Part shown: positions 55,964 through 64,000 of the stretch, piece by piece
How the letters are laid out: each line of letters begins with the position of its first letter
How positions within the stretch are numbered: the first letter of the stretch is position 1
NCBI GenBank assembly: GCA_964035575.1
Contig: OZ037842.1
Coordinates: 1,054,001-1,118,000, forward strand
Direction: 5' to 3'
Origin: Rhynchopus sp. YZ270_cl-10
Lineage: Eukaryota
Length of the DNA: 64,000 bases
Notes under the pieces: model-generated
Told to the model about the DNA's origin: nothing
Database searches by the model: none
Seen by the model: the letters and a program-made list of their open reading frames with translations, nothing else
Program-made: the position numbers and the translations under genes

Positions 55964-56300
55964 GGGCTGATGCTCCATATTTGGGGGTAAAAAGGAAAAA
56001 ATACAGTCGAAACTTCGGAAGAGGTTTTTTTTTTGGGGGCTAAAAAAAATGATGACAAATTTATTTTATTTCGCGAACTGCAGTACCTGTAAGCTCGCAA
56101 CTCTTCAACGGAAGGTGGGCCGCCGGCTGACGAGTGGTTCCTCATTCTCTTACGGTACGGATAGGTCTATTTCGGTTTCCTTTTACATCTTCTGTTGTTG
56201 GCCGCAGGGTACTAGCTTTCATCCAGCTGTGTGTCAGTCGGAGGTGCCTGCACTAAAAACTTCACTTTTATTTCCCTCCCTCCACCCCCTTTTTCCAGGG

Positions 56301-57605
56301 ATGTTGACAAATATTTTGATTCTCGCACTTTGTGCGCCAGAGCAGATTCACCTTGCACATGGTGGTGTGGGGACACTTTGGGTGTCATGGCTTGAGACGA
56401 AGCGGACCAATGGTGGAGCAGTCATGATTAACGGAACCCGCATTGAGGCCACAGAAGGATCGTATCGGTACCAGGCGGCGACTGCGGAGGCTGTGTATGA
56501 GTCGCCTCTGATCTTTCATGGCGAGGCGTCGGTGCAGTGTGGCCAGACGTACGTTTACTATGTGATGTCTGGAGGGGCCCAATCTCAGGAGTACGTCACA
56601 AAGACACTTACCTGTCCTTCAAAGAAGAGTGGATCGAAGACAGCCATCATTGGCGACTGGGGGCAGACCACAAATGCGTCGCAGACATTGGACCACCTCT
56701 ACGCGTATATGACAAGCGATAAACATACACCACCAGAGCAGCTCTGGCTTCTTGGTGACCTCTCCTACGCAGATGCGAACAAAGAAGGGAACTGCACCAA
56801 ATACCCCAACGAATGCAGTCAGGGCCGCTGGGATACATGGGGTAATATGGTAGAGAGTGTGACCGCAGTGCTGCCCACCCAGGTGCTTGCAGGCAACCAT
56901 GAACCCGAAAGCCGCCCCACCCCGCTTCTCGGAGAAGAATACCTTGCCTTCAAGAGCAGGTTCAAGCACCCCTCGGGTGGCAGCGCCGACGGGCCGTATT
57001 GGTACTCCTGGGAGGCAGGGAATGCGCATTTCATTACCCTGAACTGCTACATGCCGTACTCGGAGGGGTCCGATCAGTATGCGTGGTTGGAGAACAACCT
57101 TGCAAAGATTGACCGGTCGGTCATTTCGTGGGTGTTCGTGAGCACGCATGCACCTTGGTACAACAGCAACTTCGCGCACCAGGGGGAGCCCGAGGAGGAG
57201 GAGATGCGGCTTGACATGGAGGGGCTGCTGCGCAAGTATGAGGTCGACCTTCTCTTCTGTGGACACGTCCATTCATATGAACGGACGTATGGAGTGTTCA
57301 ACGGAACGCGCTCCGACGGCGACAAACTTGAAATCAACATCGGCGACGGTGGCAACCGTGAAGTTCTCCCCTACGACAACTGGATGACCCCTCAACCAGA
57401 CTGGAGTGCCTTTAGACAGACCGTCTTCGGACACGGCATCCTCGAAACTTTCAATGAAACACACGCACTCTGGACATGGCACACAATCAAACAACCAGAA
57501 GACCAATTCGCAGACTGCGTCTGGCTCATTAAAAACACCGCCCTCCCAAACGCTGTATCCACGGGGGTAACCGCGTTCCCCACCAAGAGGGAAACGGCAC
57601 TGTGA
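56301..57605 (+). CDS. Purple acid phosphatase (metallophosphoesterase), secreted
   Basis: PEQIHLA; GDWG, GDLSYAD, GNHE, THAPWY, GHVHSYER, IGDGGNRE. The ATG at 56301 follows CCAG. Confidence 0.95.
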   Translation: MLTNILILALCAPEQIHLAHGGVGTLWVSWLETKRTNGGAVMINGTRIEATEGSYRYQAATAEAVYESPLIFHGEASVQCGQTYVYYVMSGGAQSQEYVTKTLTCPSKKSGSKTAIIGDWGQTTNASQTLDHLYAYMTSDKHTPPEQLWLLGDLSYADANKEGNCTKYPNECSQGRWDTWGNMVESVTAVLPTQVLAGNHEPESRPTPLLGEEYLAFKSRFKHPSGGSADGPYWYSWEAGNAHFITLNCYMPYSEGSDQYAWLENNLAKIDRSVISWVFVSTHAPWYNSNFAHQGEPEEEEMRLDMEGLLRKYEVDLLFCGHVHSYERTYGVFNGTRSDGDKLEINIGDGGNREVLPYDNWMTPQPDWSAFRQTVFGHGILETFNETHALWTWHTIKQPEDQFADCVWLIKNTALPNAVSTGVTAFPTKRETAL

Positions 57606-58515
57606 TTTTAACAGGTCGTGTATGTAAAAGGGGTTAGTATGCTGCAAAAAAGTAAAAGTGGCAGGCCAATAAGTTTCTGTAAAAAAAATGCTCGTTTTGT
57701 TTCTCCGTTCTCCCCCGTCAACGTGTGTCAACTGTAAACGTGAATGGTATTGTGTGGTGTGTCTTGGATCTGTTTTGATTTCCTATTATTGTGACACATC
57801 AGATGTCATGAGAAACGTTCGCTTTTCAATGATTATTTCTTTGAAAGCCTCCACCCGTTTACAGGTTGTTTGACACTTTCGTTCCCATTTAAAGATGTCT
57901 GCACAAGGTGCATGCATATTTAGAAGCTTTCTTTCGTTCATTTCGCTCAATTTTCGGAGGCGGGGGGGTCTTTTGTGGGTTCATGCGATCTTTTGTTTCC
58001 CAATAACGATCAAATCACGGTGACTTAGTTCATCTTACAAACGTTTCTTTTCCCTTTTTTTTTAAACCCCCTGCTGTATGTATCTTGTCTTTTTTTGCCA
58101 CTTTTTTTTTGGGACCCACCACTCTCACCAAGTTTGTTGCAACCAACTAACCTGGAAAAAGGGTGACAAAAAAAAAAGCCCTCAACCCCTAGACAGCCGA
58201 CTGGGGGACAAAAAACCACATGACAAATACGTTACAAACAATGAGGTAAAACGTAAAGCACACATCCTCATACACTAACGACCCTCCCCCACAACAATTC
58301 TTTTAAACAAAAAAAGGAGCCATTGCATGGCGATACTAAAACCCAATAAAAAAAAGATCTTCTCCACAGACCAAGACTTTATACGCTGATATTTTCTCCA
58401 CCGCTTTTCATTGCTTTTTTCTCCCTTCAAAATTACCCTTTTCCCCCCTTCATATTCACCAGTGCCGCACCCTTTCCACCCTCCTCTATCTTCCCACCAT
58501 ACCCCACCCCCTACG

Positions 58516-59367
58516 ATGGTGCGGAAAGAAAGCGGTTCGAGGTCCTGGGCAGCGGGAGGCATTGCTGGCTCATTAGGGACAGCAGTAGGGTATCCCTTAG
58601 ATACATTGAAGGTGCGTATGCAGACTGGCCGGCTGGCAGGTGGGGGTGGTCTGTCCGGTGCAGTAGGGCGTGCATCGCAAGATGGCATGATGTCCGTATG
58701 GAAGGGCGTCACATTCCCAATTGTAAGCAGAATTTTCATTAAGAGTACATTGTACAGTACATATGGGTGGGGGAATTCGAAGTGGCAGGAACGGAATAAA
58801 ACAAACCGCTTAGAGTGGTACCACTACGGAAGCAGTGGAGCCTTTGGTGGGTGTATTGCCTCTGTCATCCAAACCCCCATCGACTTCTTCAAAATCCGTC
58901 TGCAAACCACACCGGAACATCTCCCCCTGACAGGACGTCTCCGTTATGTCGTTAAAACATGTTTTCCCAAGGAGGTTTCTCCAATTCATGTTGTGTATCG
59001 TGGGTATACGCCAATGGTTTTTAGGGAGGTTGCAGGGTTTTCAATGTATTTCTCGATTTTTGAGTCATTGAAACGAAAGTTTGAGTTTCAAGGAAAGTTT
59101 CTGCCGACGTTTGTGGCAGGGTCGTTCTGTGGATGTGTGTCGTGGTCACTACAATTTCCCTTTGATGTGATTAAGTCCCGTATGCAGTCGAGCCCTGACT
59201 ACACCACCACGGCACGACAATTCGTGAAGAATGCTATCAAAGAGGGTGGTGTCTCGGTCCTTTATAGAGGCATCAGTGCTGCCCTTCTCCGTGCATGCTT
59301 CGTCCACGGTACTTCCATGACCACATATGAGTTGATATTAGATTCGCTGAATGCGAGATTAGGATAA
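58516..59367 (+). CDS. Mitochondrial carrier family protein (carnitine/basic amino acid carrier-like)
   Basis: Three PxD/ExxKxR motifs: PLDTLKVRMQ, PIDFFKIRLQ, PFDVIKSRMQ. Confidence 0.93.
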   Translation: MVRKESGSRSWAAGGIAGSLGTAVGYPLDTLKVRMQTGRLAGGGGLSGAVGRASQDGMMSVWKGVTFPIVSRIFIKSTLYSTYGWGNSKWQERNKTNRLEWYHYGSSGAFGGCIASVIQTPIDFFKIRLQTTPEHLPLTGRLRYVVKTCFPKEVSPIHVVYRGYTPMVFREVAGFSMYFSIFESLKRKFEFQGKFLPTFVAGSFCGCVSWSLQFPFDVIKSRMQSSPDYTTTARQFVKNAIKEGGVSVLYRGISAALLRACFVHGTSMTTYELILDSLNARLG

Positions 59368-59963
59368 AGGGTTTGGGGGTGGGGGAGTCTGAAATGAACG
59401 CAGTTGGGGAGCGGGAGAAAAAAAGATATAGTGGAGCACACTCTAGGGTGGCTACACTAATACAGCCAAGTTTTCAAAAAGAAAAAAAAGCCTTGCACGC
59501 TGTTGTGCCAAAAAGGTTTATTCGTGTTTGTTGTGTAATTTTTTTTTTGACTAGATTTGTTGCTTTATATAGTGCCGTCTGCAGAGATGTTTGCACCTTT
59601 CACCTTCATTCTTTTTTAAGGTGGCTACTGAGAAGAGACACAGACTCATCTTACTATTTTCTATTATTTTTTTTTCGCCATGGGTTGCTGCCCGCTGAGT
59701 AGTCTATTGTCAAGCAACATTTTCTGTGCCTGATAATTGGACATTTTTTTTTTTGTGAGGAGGGGCTGCGTATGAGAAACTACGTGGACGCACCCACCCA
59801 CTGCCTCTGTCATCCGACCTGGGGTTTAATGACTGTTAAGTTCAGGGAGAATATCGATAAAAAGCCTTCCTCTAGTGGTCAAGGTGTAAAATGTATTCCA
59901 GATTTATTTTCGACTGAGATGCGTTTTAGCACGTTTTCAACCACTCTTTTTTAGATGTAAACC

Positions 59964-60072
59964 ACGAAATGGATGTAGTATATTGGACTGCATGGTTGGG
60001 TGTCCACGCTGGTACAGCCGGTCATGTACCAAGGTACACTGTTCACGAGAGGGCTTTGTATTTCAACTCTAC
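59964..60072 (+). repeat. Dispersed ~110-bp repeat, family B, copy 3
   Basis: High similarity to 4277-4390. Confidence 0.8.
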
Positions 60073-60252
60073 CTTTTTATTTTTGAGACTCCACTGCCAA
60101 CGTGCAGCACCCCAAAAAAAGGGAGGGATTCGACAGTCCACAGACCGCTCCTGAATCCCGGAGTCAATTTTTCCCCTTTTTTATTTTCATTCTGTTCCTC
60201 CAGCAGTATTTCAGAGCTCCACTCCATAGTACAGGTTGTTTTGTTGCCCCTG

Positions 60253-60503
60253 CACGACGGTGAAGTATAGTACATTACAAGTGAAGTTACTAGTAACGTT
60301 ACAAGTGAAAAACCGTTACAAGTGAGTTACAAGTGAGTTACAAGTGAGTTACAAGTGGGATACATGAATTACAGGCAAAATCAGGTTGTAACTGGTGGGT
60401 TACAAGTGGGTTACAAGTGAGTTACAAGTGAGTTACATGTAACAAAAGTTACATGTAACTCACTTGTAACTCCACTTGTAACACCCGTTACTTCACCGTC
60501 GTG
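60253..60503. mobile_element. CAC-ended MITE-like element with GTTACAAGTGA subrepeats
   Basis: 15-bp TIR CACGACGGTGAAGTA / TACTTCACCGTCGTG. Internal gttacaagtga repeats invert (tcacttgtaac) near the right end. TG lies on both flanks. Confidence 0.8.
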
Positions 60504-60822
60504 TGGGATTTCCCCCCCCCCCCCCCCCCCTCCTTTTTTCAAAAAAAGTGGGGCTTTTTATCGTTTTGCTAAACCGTGTTTGTGTGCGGATCTTTTTACT
60601 GCTGATCCGATGGTCTTTGCGTTTCAGTCACACATTTTTTTTTTTTTGGTTGTTTGCATTTTACATATTTCGTGTTTCAAATTGTCTTTTTTATAATGCG
60701 ACTAAGTACGAGAGTCTTACCAACCTTGTAGTATGCCACATTCCCCTTTGCAATGGGCGAGCTTCTAATGGAGCATGGTCCACCGTCGAAGGCAGTCCTC
60801 AGTAATACAAAAAGCACCTACA

Positions 60823-61478
60823 TGGGGAGATCCGGGTGCCCACAACAACAATATTCACAAGCAATCACAAAAAATAAATCCTATTCACAAAAAATCACAA
60901 GTAATCACAAAAAATAAATCCTATTCGCAAAAAATCACAAACGATCACAAAAAATCACAAAAATCACAAAAAATCACAAGCAATCACAAAAAAAAAATCC
61001 TATTCACAAACAATCACAAACAAAAAATCTTATTCACAAAAAATCACACAAAATCACAAAAAATAAATCCTATTCACAAAAAATCACAAAAAATCACAAA
61101 AAATCAAAAAGAATCACATCCACTTTTTGTGATTTTTTGTGATTTTTTTGTGATTGTTTGTGATTTTTTGTGAATAGGATTTTTTTTTTTGTGATTGCTT
61201 GTGATTTTTTGTGAATAGGATTTATTTTTTGTGATTTTGTGTGATTTTTTGTGAATAAGATTTTTTGTTTGTGATTGTTTGTGAATAGGATTTTTTTTTT
61301 GTGATTGCTTGTGATTTTTTGTGATTTTTGTGATTTTTTGTGATTTGTTGTGAATAGGATTTTTTTTTTGTGATTTTTTGTATTTATTTTGTGTGATTTG
61401 TTGTGATTTGTTGTGATTTGTTGTGATTTTTTGTGATTTTTTGTGAATATTGTTGTTGCGGGCACCCGGATCTCCCCA
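60823..61478. mobile_element. Foldback element: TG..CA long TIRs, 5-bp TSD CTACA, internal AAAATCACAA arrays
   Basis: TGGGGAGATCCGGGTGCCCACAACAACAATATTCACAA vs TTGTGAATATTGTTGTTGCGGGCACCCGGATCTCCCCA. CTACA at 60818-60822 and 61479-61483. The two halves are inverted arrays. Confidence 0.92.
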
Positions 61479-62762
61479 CTACAGAAGCAAAAAGAGAACT
61501 AATCTTCGAGATGAAGAACCTACCCGGGGGGGTTCTCTGTTTTACGAAAGCACTGTCTGCCCGGCGGTTAAGGAACGGTTGTTGCCGTTCAGCCCGTTTT
61601 TTTTTTTTTTTTTTTGAAAACCGGTTTTTCCATCACACCCTAAGGCCCTGCCCCCACCGTTGTTGGGTAAAAATGCGTAGCCTATCCCCTCATCCCCTAG
61701 CCCTTCGCAGCCAACATTTTCCCTCCTTTTTTTTTCTTATTTTTGATGATGTGTGCACAGGAGGTATGCCTTTTCAAAACAATTTTTTTTTTAGATGATT
61801 TATGTTCATCCCTACCTAACTTTTTTTCCCCTTTTCTTTCCCTATGTGGAAATGAAATTATGCCACAGTATGCTTCCTTCAAGCTAAGACAGGTGGACTG
61901 CACGGAAAACAAAACAAACATAAATCAATCAATGTTCATGTTTATTGCACGCTGTCGTCTCGAATGCCCGTCTCTCTTCAATCTTACATGGTTTATTTCA
62001 TAGTGCAGAGCGCATCGCCTTCGCTTATACATTCGAGTCTTTTTGGTTAATACAACACTACGGGGTTTGATAACCCACAGAGTGTCAGTGCCTGCGTCCC
62101 CTGAGAAGTTTGCACTATCAACTTCACCTTTTTTTTTAAAAATGACAATGTGTCCAGACATCTTTCAAAGCGGTTGTGTTGGGATCCTTCGTGTTCATGT
62201 GTGCCGATTGTGACAACCGTGTTGTCATTGTGGATCAGGGAGAAGAGGGGGGGGTTTTCCCTTGTTTTCAAGTAGTCAGATGGGGGCACTTCTTTGCCCC
62301 GAAAGAGCCAAGCGAAAATTTTTCTCTTCATTGCTTTCTTGATAGAGCGTTACCTTGTTTTAAACTATTTTTTTTTGAACGAAAACAGAAAACAGAAATT
62401 AGTTAATGCCAATTGTAAGTTAAAAGGTTCCTCCCCGAAACGAAGACGCGCCTCCAACCGGCCTGCGGTAGTTTATTTTAAACCACATACAAAGACACGC
62501 ATACCTCATTTTTTTTCCCTTCATTTATTTCAGAGAACACCACCCTTTCAAATTCACATATCGAAGCGTTCGTTTCCTTTCACTAAAAATGGGGTTTGCA
62601 GGGTAGGGTTTGGGTTCCCTCATCACCCACACCCGGATTACACACCCTCTAACGGTCCATAATCTGCGTAAAAAATACCCCTCTCTAGACATCAAAACCC
62701 CACAGAAATTTATATATTTCCCTCAATTTTTCCGACACATTTCTTTCTCTCTCTATCTTCTG

Positions 62763-63629
62763 ATGTATCATGGCAAGGAAGCTCCACAGGGTTTTAGTGA
62801 GGACCGATTTTATTTGGGGACACCTGATTTAAAACCACTTCCATTTAAAGATACACGCCTTGTCACTTTAAACGCAAAGCGAAGACAACAGGTGGTGAAC
62901 CGACTATTCTACAATGCAGAGAAGTCACAATCACGCCACCCTAGTTCTCCTGTGTCGACGCTGCGTACGGTGTCACCGAAGAAGCTCTCCAAGGAGAGGG
63001 CTGAAAAGGTGTCGCTCAGGTTGTCTGAGAAAAAGCCTAAGATAATGTCGAACAGCGATTTGTCTAGTACTACAGGGTATCAGAGCATGGCGATTCCTCC
63101 CTGGGCTGGTAGTGTATCTCGAGAGGAGGAAGTGTTGAAGCAGCAAAAGGCGCAGTCATCCTTGAATTATACAGCAGTGTGCGATCCGCATCTTCGGCCC
63201 TTCTGGTTGAGACGTCAAATTCTTCTAAAAAAAAGTACCGACAGCATTGCGTCCGACCGCCGCTATAAAAGCTTTGCAAGCATGCAGCTCCCCCCAACCG
63301 ATACACTCCCTATCATCGCCCCTCCCAGACAGAAAACAGAGGAAACAGAACGGAAACGGGAATTGTTTTTCACGCTCTCTGCAGATCTCAATCAGGTGTG
63401 TGTCACGCCGCGAAACGAAAACGAAGAGGAGGAGGAGGGGGGGGAGGAGGAGGAGGAGAAGGAGGAAGCAGCTCGCAGCCCCTCCCTGCCCTCAAAGGGA
63501 TCAGATGCGAAAAGAGGGGCAAATAATGCACCGATATCACCATGCAGCAGTGCAGGGAGGGCCTCCTGCACCTCATCCACAACATACACATCGTCGTACT
63601 GCAGTTCGAAGTCTTCTATAGGGGGTTAG
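62763..63629 (+). CDS. Hypothetical protein (~288 aa)
   Basis: ATG at 62763 after a pyrimidine tract; NRLFY and YTAVCDPHLRPFW motifs; acidic and Ser-rich tail. Confidence 0.65.
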   Translation: MYHGKEAPQGFSEDRFYLGTPDLKPLPFKDTRLVTLNAKRRQQVVNRLFYNAEKSQSRHPSSPVSTLRTVSPKKLSKERAEKVSLRLSEKKPKIMSNSDLSSTTGYQSMAIPPWAGSVSREEEVLKQQKAQSSLNYTAVCDPHLRPFWLRRQILLKKSTDSIASDRRYKSFASMQLPPTDTLPIIAPPRQKTEETERKRELFFTLSADLNQVCVTPRNENEEEEEGGEEEEEKEEAARSPSLPSKGSDAKRGANNAPISPCSSAGRASCTSSTTYTSSYCSSKSSIGG

Positions 63630-64000
63630 CGGGAGGGGGGAAGGAGGCGGGTATAAAAGTGATGGTTTCTGCCATCATTGAGGGACCTGTTCATCTTTCG
63701 TTTGCCGACAAGAGATGGGCGGGGATATAGCCAGTTTTGACAAAAAAAGGATTGCAATTTTTGGCGCTTTTTTTAAAACTTCTTTTGAAGCTCGACGTAG
63801 GGTCTGTCTTTGGTACCTTTTTGACGCATATTTTGTTCTTCCGATGCATGCCACGACGATGCTTCCTTTTATGTAGTCGAACGGGGTGGTGGTGGGGATT
63901 TTAAATAAACTCGTTTTTGAGGAAGTGACATTCTGGCCGATTTGGTGGGACGACACACACCTTATGGCAAGCCTGGGGTGGCACTCCATCCGGGGTTGGA

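Noticed and set aside
60775..61465. KKSQK-repeat ORFs on both strands
   Set aside because: Translations of the foldback element's inverted arrays

Overview
Eukaryotic (protist) genomic DNA, most likely a euglenozoan such as a diplonemid (inference). About 22 protein-coding genes all lie on the + strand. Most are preceded by pyrimidine/CA-rich tracts, and the nine introns I can place are all GTAT...CAG. Recognisable genes: PIG-M, MMADHC-like, UNG, CCDC151/ODA10-like, SCOT/OXCT, S10 serine carboxypeptidase, purple acid phosphatase, a mitochondrial carrier, a SET protein, an 11-finger CCCH protein and a cNMP-binding protein. The most unusual gene (28140-32015) encodes a 1291-aa candidate RNA end-repair enzyme: MJ1316 + EEP phosphodiesterase with an inserted P-loop kinase + 2H phosphoesterase + giant-virus-type primase-polymerase (AEP). 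Other unusual fusions are a giant GT8/MRH/chitin-binding/UVR/FkbM protein, DnaJ-DUF179 and Ubl-PDZ-4TM. Intergenic and intronic DNA holds foldback MITE-like elements with TIRs, TSDs and ~10-bp subrepeats, a 43-bp palindrome with a 6-bp TSD, three short dispersed repeat families, a ~0.5-kb direct repeat pair with box C/D geometry, and an orphan GAD/CSAD-like gene fragment. All domain calls are from motif recognition by eye; no database searches were run.
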